A DNA stretch of 64,000 bases, from the NCBI GenBank assembly GCA_036556505.1, contig DATBJH010000125.1, positions 4,003 through 68,002 on the forward strand. Reading direction: 5' to 3'. The notes under the pieces are model-generated. The model saw only the letters and a list, made by a program, of their open reading frames with translations, made no database searches and had not been told where the DNA came from. This document shows positions 55,915 to 64,000 of the stretch, one piece after another. Every line of letters begins with the position of its first letter. The first letter of the stretch is position 1. A program made the translations under genes and the position numbers. Source of the stretch: Gemmatimonadales bacterium (GTDB lineage: Bacteria > Gemmatimonadota > Gemmatimonadetes > Gemmatimonadales > GWC2-71-9).

Positions 55915-56976
55915 ATGTTCATCACCAAACCGTTCATTCGAGACCGCAGGATCCGGTTCGCCCTCGCCGGCTGCGGGCGCATCTCGGCCAATCACTTCGA
56001 CGCCCTGGAGAAGCACACCGAGCGGGCGGAGCTGGTCGGGGTATGCGACGTGGACCCCGAGGCGCTGGCCCGGGCGGTCGAGCGGACCGGCGCCAAGGGG
56101 TTCAAGGCCCTGGACGCCATGCTGGCCGGGACCGACGCCGACATCGTGATCCTCTCGACGCCTTCCGGCATCCATGCTGAGCAGGCCGTCCAGGTGGCCG
56201 CGGCCGACCGGCACGTCATGACCGAAAAGCCCATGGCCACCACCTGGCAGGACGGCAAGCGGATGGTGCACGCCTGCGACGTCGCCGGGGTGCACCTGTT
56301 CGTGGTCAAGCAGAACCGCCGGAACGCCACCCTCCAGCTGGTCCGCCGCGCGATCGAGAAGCGCCGCTTCGGCCGGATCTACATGGTGAACATCAACGTG
56401 TTCTGGACCCGGCCGCAGTCCTACTACGACAGCGCGCCGTGGCGGGGCACCTGGGAGTTCGACGGCGGCGCGTTCATGAACCAGGCCAGCCACTACGTGG
56501 ACCTGCTGGACTGGCTGATCGGGCCGGTGGAGAGTGTGCAGGCCTACACCGCGACGCTGGCACGGAACATTCAGGTGGAGGACACCGGCGTCGTGAGCAT
56601 CCGCTGGCGCACCGGGGCGCTGGGCTCCATGAACGTGACGATGCTGACCTACCCCAAGAACTACGAGGGCTCGATCACCATCATCGGGGAGAAGGGCACC
56701 GTCCGCATCGGCGGGGTGGCAGTGAACAGGATCGAGCACTGGGAGTTCGCCGAGCGGGATCCGGACGACGAGAAGGTGGAGCAGGCGAGCTACGAGACCA
56801 CCTCGGTGTACGGCTTCGGGCACCCGCTCTACTACGACAACGTCATCAAGTCGCTGCGGGGCGATGCCACTCCCGACACCGACGGGCGCGAAGGGCTCCA
56901 TTCGCTGGAGATCCTGATCGCGACCTACCTCTCCGCTCGGGACGGACGCCGCGTGGCCCTGCCCCTGGAGTACTGA
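55915..56976 (+). CDS. Gfo/Idh/MocA oxidoreductase, WbpB/WlbA-like sugar-nucleotide 3-dehydrogenase
   Basis: GCGRIS, TPSGIH, EKPMA, VVKQNR, DGGAFMNQASHYVD, VYGFGH. Confidence 0.88.
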   Translation: MFITKPFIRDRRIRFALAGCGRISANHFDALEKHTERAELVGVCDVDPEALARAVERTGAKGFKALDAMLAGTDADIVILSTPSGIHAEQAVQVAAADRHVMTEKPMATTWQDGKRMVHACDVAGVHLFVVKQNRRNATLQLVRRAIEKRRFGRIYMVNINVFWTRPQSYYDSAPWRGTWEFDGGAFMNQASHYVDLLDWLIGPVESVQAYTATLARNIQVEDTGVVSIRWRTGALGSMNVTMLTYPKNYEGSITIIGEKGTVRIGGVAVNRIEHWEFAERDPDDEKVEQASYETTSVYGFGHPLYYDNVIKSLRGDATPDTDGREGLHSLEILIATYLSARDGRRVALPLEY

Positions 56977-57974
56977 TGGCGATGAGCTGGTCCGGACGCA
57001 GGGTGCTGGTGACGGGAGCCGACGGGTTCATCGGCAGCCATCTCACCGAGGATCTGCTGCGGGCCGGCGCCGAGGTGCGGGCCTTCTGCTACTACAACTC
57101 CGGCGGATCGCGCGGGTGGCTCGACGATCCGGATCCCGATCTGCCGCGGCTCCCCGAGATCTTCTTCGGCGACATCCGCGACGGACGCCTGGTCGAGACC
57201 GCCTGCGAGGATGTGGACGTCGTCTTCCATCTCGCGGCACTGGTGAGCATCCCGTACAGCTACGTGGCACCGGAGTCGTTCGTGGAGACCAACGTCCGCG
57301 GGACGCTCAACGTGCTGGAGGCCGCGCGGCGTCGCGGCTGCGCTCGGCTGGTGCACACCTCCACCAGCGAGGTGTACGGAACTCCGGACTCGCTCCCCAT
57401 TACGGAGGCCCACCCGCTCAAGGGCCAGTCGCCCTACAGCGCCAGCAAGATCGCCGCGGACAAGCTGTGCGAGGCCTATGCCAGCAGCTTCGAACTTCCC
57501 GTCGTGGTGCTCCGGCCCTTCAACACCTACGGTCCGCGCCAGTCGGCTCGCGCGGTGATCCCGACGATCCTGGCCCAGCTCCTGAGCGGAAGGGCCTCGA
57601 TCCGGCTGGGCAGTCTGCTTCCGCGGCGCGATCTCACCTTCATGAGCGACACGGTGGCCGGGTTTCTCGCCGCGGGTCTTTGCCCGGGACTCGAGGGCGA
57701 GACGATCCACCTGGGCACCGGCCGCTCCGAATCCATCGGCGAAGTGTTCCAGGCGGCCTGCGCGGTGTGCGGAGTCCAGGCGACCGTGGAGGAGGATGCC
57801 GCCCGCGTGCGTCCTCCCCAGAGCGAAGTCATGGCGCTCCAGTCCGATCCCGCCCGCGCCCGCACGCGGCTTGGCTGGGAAGCCAAGGTGTCCCTCGAGG
57901 AAGGCCTCGAGCGGACGGCGCGGTGGATTCGCGACCACCTCGACCGCTACCGGCCGGATGCGTACGCGGTCTGA
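56976..57974 (+). CDS. legB: NDP-GlcNAc 4,6-dehydratase (LegB-like)
   Basis: TGADGFIGSH, YNS...GWLD, IPYSYVAP, QSPYSASK, RPFNTYGPRQSARAVIP. Confidence 0.8.
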   Translation: MAMSWSGRRVLVTGADGFIGSHLTEDLLRAGAEVRAFCYYNSGGSRGWLDDPDPDLPRLPEIFFGDIRDGRLVETACEDVDVVFHLAALVSIPYSYVAPESFVETNVRGTLNVLEAARRRGCARLVHTSTSEVYGTPDSLPITEAHPLKGQSPYSASKIAADKLCEAYASSFELPVVVLRPFNTYGPRQSARAVIPTILAQLLSGRASIRLGSLLPRRDLTFMSDTVAGFLAAGLCPGLEGETIHLGTGRSESIGEVFQAACAVCGVQATVEEDAARVRPPQSEVMALQSDPARARTRLGWEAKVSLEEGLERTARWIRDHLDRYRPDAYAV

Positions 57975-57982
57975 GCGGGACC

Positions 57983-59176
57983 ATGACGGGTGAGCAGCTC
58001 GCCGGGCGGGTGATCGAGGCCGTGCGGGCCGCGGCGGCCGTGCCCGACGCGCCGCAGCCGCTGCACGAGCCGGTGTTCGAGGGGCGCGAGATCGCCTACC
58101 TGAGCGAGTGCATCGAGACGGGGTGGGTCTCCTCGGTCGGGAAGTTCGTGGATCGCTTCGAGCAGGAGCTCGCCGGCTTCACCGGGACCAGGCGAGCGGT
58201 GGCCGTGGCCAACGGGACCGTCGCCCTCCACGCCTGTCTCCGTCTCGCGGGCGTGGAGCCGGGTGACGAGGTGCTGGTGCCCACCCTCACGTTCGTCGGC
58301 ACCGTCAATCCCATCGCGTACGCCGGCGCCATCCCGCATTTCGTGGACAGCGAGGAGCCCACCCTGGGCGTCGATCCGGATAAGCTCGCCCCGTACCTCG
58401 AGGCGGTGCTGGACGGGCCTCGCAACCGGAACACGGGCCGTCGGGTGCGCGCGCTGATCGTCATGCACACCTACGGGCACCCGGCACGACTGCACCAGCT
58501 CGCCGAGGTGTGCGACCGGTTCGGTCTGGTGCTGATCGAGGACGCCGCCGAATCGCTGGGCTCCTACTATCGCGGCACTCACACGGGGAACACCGGCCGC
58601 CTCGCGGCGCTCAGCTTCAACGGCAACAAGACGGTGACCACCGGCGGCGGCGGCGCCATCCTCACCAACGACGAGGCGTTGGGCGCGCTGGCGAAGCATC
58701 TCACCACCACCGCGAAGCAGCCCCACCGCTGGGCGTTCAACCACGACATGGTCGGGTACAACTACCGCATGCCCAACATCAACGCCGCGCTCGGCTGCGC
58801 CCAGCTGGAGCAGCTGCCGGGCTTCCTGGAGGCGAAACGGGCACTGGCGATGCGATACGTGGAGACGTTTCGGGACGTGCGAGGCGTGCGGGTGTTCACC
58901 GAGCCGCCGGAGTGCCGGAGCAACTACTGGCTCAACGTGCTCCTGCTCGACCCGTCACACGAGTCGCGGCGCGACGCGGTGCTCGAGGCCACCAACGCCG
59001 CCGGGATCACGACCCGGCCGGCCTGGACCCTGATGCACCGCCTCCCCATGTTCGCCTCCGCCCCTCGCATGGACCTCTGCACCGCGGAGAGCATCGAGCG
59101 GCGCCTCATCAACCTCCCCAGCGGCGTCGGCACGGCCCGAGGTCAGCGCCGGCCGGCGTCGAGTCCAGGACGATGA
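57983..59176 (+). CDS. legC: LegC-family aminotransferase
   Basis: PLHEPVF, WVSSVGKFVDRFE, EDAAESLGS, SFNGNKTVTTGGGG, GYNYRMPNINAALG. Confidence 0.88.
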   Translation: MTGEQLAGRVIEAVRAAAAVPDAPQPLHEPVFEGREIAYLSECIETGWVSSVGKFVDRFEQELAGFTGTRRAVAVANGTVALHACLRLAGVEPGDEVLVPTLTFVGTVNPIAYAGAIPHFVDSEEPTLGVDPDKLAPYLEAVLDGPRNRNTGRRVRALIVMHTYGHPARLHQLAEVCDRFGLVLIEDAAESLGSYYRGTHTGNTGRLAALSFNGNKTVTTGGGGAILTNDEALGALAKHLTTTAKQPHRWAFNHDMVGYNYRMPNINAALGCAQLEQLPGFLEAKRALAMRYVETFRDVRGVRVFTEPPECRSNYWLNVLLLDPSHESRRDAVLEATNAAGITTRPAWTLMHRLPMFASAPRMDLCTAESIERRLINLPSGVGTARGQRRPASSPGR

Positions 59177-60927
59177 GCGCGCCGATCTGCCTCATCCCCG
59201 CGCGCGGCGGATCGACGGGCCTTCGCGACAAGAATCTGCGGACGGTTGGAGGTCTCACGCTGGTGGCCCGGGCCGTGCTCGCTGCGCGAGAGCTGCGACG
59301 GCTTGCCGGACTGCGCGACCTGGCGATCGTGGTGGACACCGACTCCGAGGCCATCGCCGAGGAGGGGCGTCGCTGGGGAGCGGAAGTCCCGTTTCTTCGT
59401 CCGGCCGAGCTCGCAGGGGACCACGTGCCGACGGCCGTCAACACGCTGGCCGCCCTGGAGCGCCTGAAGGGTGGCGGACGGGCGGTGGAGGACGTCATCC
59501 TGCTACAGCCCACGTCCCCCCTTCGAGCCGGGGCGGATGTGCTGGCCTGCTGGCGGGAGTACGACCGGTCCGCGGCGCCATCGGTGATCTCGCTGGTGGA
59601 CGAGACGCATTCGCCCGACCTCGCCCTCCGGCTCGAGGCCGGCGGGACGGTCCACTGGCGCTCGGGCGCGGAGCCCCCGAAGAGGCGGCAGGACACCGCG
59701 GCGGCTTACCGTCCGTCGGGCGCGGTGTACGTGATCTCCCACGAGCTGCTGCGGCGCGAGCGCCGCTTCATCGTGCCCGGTCTGACGCGCGGAGTCATCC
59801 TCCCGGCGTCGCGGGCGGTGGACGTGGACACCGCCGACGACCTCGCCGAGGCCGAGGCGCGGCTTGCCGCGGTCCCCACGCGATCCTTCGCACTCGGCGG
59901 GCGGACGATCGGCGAAGGATACTCCTGCTTCGTGGTCGCCGAGGCAGGCGTCAACCACAATGGCGACGTGGAACAGGCGCACCGGCTGGTGGATGTCGCG
60001 GCCGAGGCCGCTGCCGACGCGGTGAAGTTCCAGACCTTCGACCCCGAGCGACTGGTTTCCCCTCAGGCAGGGAAGGCGGCCTATCAGACCGCCAACACCG
60101 GCTCGGCGGGGAGCCAGCTGGAGATGCTGCGCGGGCTGGCGCTGCCGCGGGAAGCCCTCGCGCCGCTGGCGGCGCACGCGCAGGAGCGCGGGCTCCTGTT
60201 TCTCTCCACGCCGTTCGACGAGGAAAGCGCCGATCTCCTCGACCGCCTGGGCATGCCCGCGTTCAAGGTGCCCTCGGGCGAGCTGACCAACCATCCGTTC
60301 GTCGCCCACGTGGCGTCGAGGGGCAAGCCGGTCCTGATGTCCACCGGTATGAGCACGCTGGCGGAGGTCGCCGCGGCGGTGCAGGTGGTCCGCGAGAACG
60401 GCGATCCGCCGCTCGCGCTGTTGCACTGCGTCACCAGCTACCCCGCCGCGCCGGCGGACTGCAACCTGCGCGCGATGGCGTCCATGCGGGCGGCGTTCGG
60501 GGTCCCGGTCGGATGGAGCGATCACACCGAGGGAATCGAGGTCAGCGTCGCCGCCGTGGCGGCCGGCGCGGCGGTGCTGGAGAAGCACTTTACCCTGGAC
60601 CGGACCCTGCCCGGTCCCGACCACCGGGCTTCGCTGGAGCCGGGTGAGCTGTCCGCGATGGTTCGCACGATTCGCGAGATCGAGGCGGCGATGGGCGACG
60701 GGGTCAAGCGGCCCGCCGCGGCGGAGCTGGCGAACACCGCCGCGGCCCGACGCAGTCTGCACGTCAGCCGCGCTCTGCCGCAGGGCCATGTGCTCGACCA
60801 GAACGACCTGATCGCACTCCGTCCCGGAACCGGACTGTCGCCGGCGCTCCGGGACCGGCTGGTTGGACGGAAGCTCCGGGTGGCTCTGCAGCGAGGCGAG
60901 ATGCTCGCCGAGGGACACCTTGACTGA
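59173..60927 (+). CDS. Fused CMP-nonulosonate synthetase (NeuA/LegF) + nonulosonate synthase (NeuB/LegI) with SAF domain
   Basis: IPARGGS..LRDKN, LLQPTSPLR, DVDT..D; then VAEAGVNHNG, VKFQT, STPFD, LHCVTSYP, SDHT, EKHFTLD. Confidence 0.9.
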   Translation: MSAPICLIPARGGSTGLRDKNLRTVGGLTLVARAVLAARELRRLAGLRDLAIVVDTDSEAIAEEGRRWGAEVPFLRPAELAGDHVPTAVNTLAALERLKGGGRAVEDVILLQPTSPLRAGADVLACWREYDRSAAPSVISLVDETHSPDLALRLEAGGTVHWRSGAEPPKRRQDTAAAYRPSGAVYVISHELLRRERRFIVPGLTRGVILPASRAVDVDTADDLAEAEARLAAVPTRSFALGGRTIGEGYSCFVVAEAGVNHNGDVEQAHRLVDVAAEAAADAVKFQTFDPERLVSPQAGKAAYQTANTGSAGSQLEMLRGLALPREALAPLAAHAQERGLLFLSTPFDEESADLLDRLGMPAFKVPSGELTNHPFVAHVASRGKPVLMSTGMSTLAEVAAAVQVVRENGDPPLALLHCVTSYPAAPADCNLRAMASMRAAFGVPVGWSDHTEGIEVSVAAVAAGAAVLEKHFTLDRTLPGPDHRASLEPGELSAMVRTIREIEAAMGDGVKRPAAAELANTAAARRSLHVSRALPQGHVLDQNDLIALRPGTGLSPALRDRLVGRKLRVALQRGEMLAEGHLD

Positions 60928-62056
60928 TCGCAGGCTGGCGCTGCTCACGACCGGACGGCAGGACTACGGGATCCTGCGGAGCACCATCCTGCTGCTCCGG
61001 CGCTCGCCCGGTTTCGAGGTTGCCGTATGGGCCGGGGGAATGCACCTGCAGCCGCGCTTCGGCGAGCCGCTGGCGGCTTTGCGCCGCGACGGCGTGTCGG
61101 CGGCCCGGGAGCTGTCCTTTCTGGCCGAGCCGCCGGAGCCGGCTGCCGATGCCTCCGCGGCGCTGGCACAAATAGGCGCGGCGCTGGCGGAGGACCGTCC
61201 CGACGCCCTGGTGCTGGTGGGCGACCGCGCCGAAGTGCTCGCGGCGGGCGTCGCGGCGACGATCGCGCGGGTGCCGATCGTACACCTGCACGGTGGAGAG
61301 GAATCGGAGGGTGCGATCGACAACGCCTGCCGCCACGCGCTCACCAAGCTCAGCCACCTCCATCTGGTCAGCCACCGCGTCCACGCCGATCGGGTGATCG
61401 GCATGGGCGAGGACCCGTCCTGCGTCGTGGTCGTCGGCGCGCCCGCGCTGGACCACGCGTTTCGTGACGACCTGCCGGGTCGGGACGAGCTCGGCGCCGA
61501 GTTGGGGCTCGCGCTGAAGCGGCCGGTCGTGCTGGTCACCGTGCATCCGGCCACGCTCGGTGCCGCGGGGCGCGAGGAAGTGGCGGCGGTCGCAGGGGCG
61601 ATGGCGCGGGTGCCAGCGACCTACGTCGTGACCGCGCCGAACGCGGACGAGGGCGGAGCGGAGATCGCGGACTATTGGCGGGGCTGGGCCGCCAATCGGA
61701 GCGGGGTGGCGGTCGTCGAGGCGCTGGGCGACCGGCGCTACTGGGCGATGCTGCGGCTGGCCGACGCGGTGCTCGGAAACTCATCGAGCGGTATCATCGA
61801 GGCACCCGCGCTGGGCGCGCCGGTGGTGAACGTGGGCGACCGCCAGCGGGGCAGGCTGCGCTTCGGTCCCGTGACCGACGTGCCATCCGACGAACCGGCG
61901 ATCGCTGCCGCCCTGCAAGGCGCGATCGCCAGCGGACGGCGCCAGCCGAGTGATGGCGGCTATCCTCCGCCTCCGGTCGCGCCCCGGATCGTGGACGCGC
62001 TCCGCAGCTGGCAGATCCCCCGGCCGCCGCGCAAGCGGTTTTGCCCCCCCGCATGA
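60920..62056 (+). CDS. neuC: Hydrolysing NDP-sugar 2-epimerase (NeuC/LegG)
   Basis: TTG start; GDRAE, HLHGGE..EGAID, RHALTKLSHLH, GNSSSGIIEAP, RQRGR. Confidence 0.9.
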   Translation: MTDRRLALLTTGRQDYGILRSTILLLRRSPGFEVAVWAGGMHLQPRFGEPLAALRRDGVSAARELSFLAEPPEPAADASAALAQIGAALAEDRPDALVLVGDRAEVLAAGVAATIARVPIVHLHGGEESEGAIDNACRHALTKLSHLHLVSHRVHADRVIGMGEDPSCVVVVGAPALDHAFRDDLPGRDELGAELGLALKRPVVLVTVHPATLGAAGREEVAAVAGAMARVPATYVVTAPNADEGGAEIADYWRGWAANRSGVAVVEALGDRRYWAMLRLADAVLGNSSSGIIEAPALGAPVVNVGDRQRGRLRFGPVTDVPSDEPAIAAALQGAIASGRRQPSDGGYPPPPVAPRIVDALRSWQIPRPPRKRFCPPA

Positions 62057-62679
62057 GGGCCCGCATCGTGCTGATCGGCGGCGGGGAGCACGCGCGGGTG
62101 CTGATCGAGGCGGTCCGCTCGACCTCGGGCGCGCAGGAAGTGATCGGCTTCGTGGACCCGGAGCCGTGCGAAGAGACCACTCGCCGGCTTCGCGTGCCGA
62201 GGCTGGGCGGCGAGGACATCCTGGTGGAGCATCCCGGCGCGGTCGGTGTGCTCGGGTTCTCCGCGCTGGACGCGCGGGAGCGGCGCCAGGAGACGGTGCG
62301 CCGCCTGTCGCCGCTGTTGAGCGGCTGGGCCACGGTGATCCACACCGCCGCCTGGGTCTCGCCGACCGCGACGATTGGAGAGGGAGCCGTAATCATGGCC
62401 GGTGCGGTGGTGCAGAGCGGCGCCGTGATCGGCGCGCACGGCATCGTGAACAGCGGCGCCGTGGTGGAGCACGACGTAGTGCTGGGCGAGCACGTGCACG
62501 TCGCACCCGGTGTGACCCTCGGCGGCGCCGTACGGGTGGGTCCCATGGCACACATCGGCCTCGGCGCGGCGGTGCGGGATCACATCAGCGTCGGCCCAGG
62601 TGCCACGGTCGGCATGGGAGCGGTGGTCGTCCGGGATGTGCCGGCCGGCGCGACCGTGGTGGGAGTGCCCGCGCGGTGA
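62053..62679 (+). CDS. NeuD/PglD-family hexapeptide acetyltransferase
   Basis: GGGEHARV, hexapeptide repeats, VVEHD, VGVPAR. Confidence 0.9.
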   Translation: MRARIVLIGGGEHARVLIEAVRSTSGAQEVIGFVDPEPCEETTRRLRVPRLGGEDILVEHPGAVGVLGFSALDARERRQETVRRLSPLLSGWATVIHTAAWVSPTATIGEGAVIMAGAVVQSGAVIGAHGIVNSGAVVEHDVVLGEHVHVAPGVTLGGAVRVGPMAHIGLGAAVRDHISVGPGATVGMGAVVVRDVPAGATVVGVPAR

Positions 62680-63728
62680 CGGCGAAGGTGCGGAAGCCCG
62701 ACATCACCCGGCTCACGGTGCCGGCGGGCGCCACGATTCTGGAGGCGCTGCGGGCCATCGACGCCGGCGGGGAGGCGATCAGCTTCGTGGTGGACGGCGG
62801 CGATCGGGTAATCGGCACGCTCACCGACGGCGACGTCCGCCGTGCGATCCTGCGGGGCGCCTCGCTCGAGGACCGTGTGCTCCCCCAGGTCATGCGGCGG
62901 GACTTCACCGCGGTCACGCCGCAGGACGGCCGCGCCGAGGTGCTCGACCTGATGCGGGCCCGGCAGATCGAGCGGATCCCGGTGCTGGGACCCGACGGGT
63001 GCCTGGTGGCGCTCCACACCATGCGGCAGATGGTGTCCCGGGCGGAGCGCCCCAACCGGACGGTGATCCTCGCGGGCGGGAAGGGTACCCGGCTGCACCC
63101 GATCACCGAGCAGGTCCCCAAGCCGATGGTGACCGTGGCCGGGCGCCCGATCCTCGAGCGACTGATCCTCCATCTGGTGAGCTGCGGCCTCACCCGGTTC
63201 AGCATCTCGATCAACTATCTCGGTCACCTGATCGAACAGCACTTCGGCGACGGGTCGCGCCTCGGATGCGAGATCGCCTACCTCCGCGAGACGGTGCCAC
63301 TCGGCACCGGCGGACCGCTCTCGCTGCTCCCTCCGCCGGCATTGCCCGTGCTGGTGCTGAACGGCGATCTCATCACCCAGGCCGACGTCGGCGACCTGCT
63401 CGATTTCCACGAGCGCGGCGGCTACGCCGCCACCCTCGGCGTTCGTCCGTATCTGGTCGAGGTGCCGTTCGGCGTCGCGGAAGTCGAAGGCGACCGTCTC
63501 CTGTCCATTCGCGAGAAACCCACCGAGCGCTCGCTGATCAATGCCGGCATGTACGTGCTTTCGCCCGAGGCGGTGGCCGTCGTGCCGTCGGGGAAGGAGT
63601 ATCCGATCACGGCGCTGTTCGAGGCCCTTCTCGCCGAGGGGAAGCCGGTGGGGGCGCACCTGCTCGAAGCCGAGTGGCTGGACGTGGGCAGGCACGACGA
63701 GCTGCGGCGCGCGCGCGGGGTGCTGTAG
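62676..63728 (+). CDS. CBS + nucleotidyltransferase (PtmE/LegX-like)
   Basis: GTLTDGDVRRAIL, ILAGGKGTRLHPIT..VPKPM, PLGTGG, WLDVG. Confidence 0.88.
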   Translation: MTAKVRKPDITRLTVPAGATILEALRAIDAGGEAISFVVDGGDRVIGTLTDGDVRRAILRGASLEDRVLPQVMRRDFTAVTPQDGRAEVLDLMRARQIERIPVLGPDGCLVALHTMRQMVSRAERPNRTVILAGGKGTRLHPITEQVPKPMVTVAGRPILERLILHLVSCGLTRFSISINYLGHLIEQHFGDGSRLGCEIAYLRETVPLGTGGPLSLLPPPALPVLVLNGDLITQADVGDLLDFHERGGYAATLGVRPYLVEVPFGVAEVEGDRLLSIREKPTERSLINAGMYVLSPEAVAVVPSGKEYPITALFEALLAEGKPVGAHLLEAEWLDVGRHDELRRARGVL

Positions 63729-63731
63729 CCG

Positions 63732-64000
63732 GTGGCCCTCACCGGTGTCCGCAGCGCGCTCCGAAAGCTGGTCGGCGCCTCCGCCGTCTACGGGCTCGGC
63801 AGCGTGCTGGTGCGGGGCCTGGCCTTTCTCCTGCTGCCGCTCTACACCCGCTATCTCAACCCATCCGAATACGGCATCGTCGCCCTCGCGGTGACCTGCA
63901 CGGTGGTGCTCGGCCTCATCTACCCACTCGGACTGCGGGGCGCAGTCTCGCGGACCTGGTACGAGGAGGGGACGCCGCAGGAGCGGCGAGAGCGTGTCGG
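63732..64000 (+). CDS. Wzx-type polysaccharide flippase, 5' part (runs off window)
   Basis: MALTGVRSALRKLVGASAVYGLGSVLVRGLAFLLLPLYTRYLNPSEYG. Confidence 0.82.
   Translation, partial: MALTGVRSALRKLVGASAVYGLGSVLVRGLAFLLLPLYTRYLNPSEYGIVALAVTCTVVLGLIYPLGLRGAVSRTWYEEGTPQERRERV

Overview
This is a GC-rich (roughly 70% by eye), gene-dense bacterial chromosomal segment. Gene content and repeat style suggest Gemmatimonadota, which is an inference. It is mostly core genes: relA/spoT 3' end, uvrB-tsaE-tsaB-rimI-ssb, a Tol-Pal operon, hutH, tatA, a PpiD/SurA-type chaperone, aroQ-pepP-accB-accC, ftsK, recA-recX-alaS, cca, rarA and hflX. It ends in a legionaminic-acid-type nonulosonic acid/polysaccharide cluster. 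I saw no rRNA, tRNA, CRISPR, integrase or transposase. The most unusual feature is a single 1168-aa ORF fusing a complete TatC to an LptD-type outer-membrane protein through an internal signal-peptide-like linker, a candidate cleaved polyprotein. Other notable items: (1) a perfect Rex operator on a catalytically divergent isocitrate-lyase homologue; (2) ftsK split by a frameshift inside an octamer repeat tract; (3) a PilT/PilU ATPase inserted between accB and accC, with an Arg-rich leader micro-ORF and a duplicated AccB N-terminus; (4) 7/8-mer tandem inverted arrays and REP-like elements at gene ends; (5) several probable CTG/ATC start codons, near-leaderless promoters and sigma54-type promoters; (6) a NeuA-NeuB fusion. 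All calls come from reading motifs by eye; no database searches were run.
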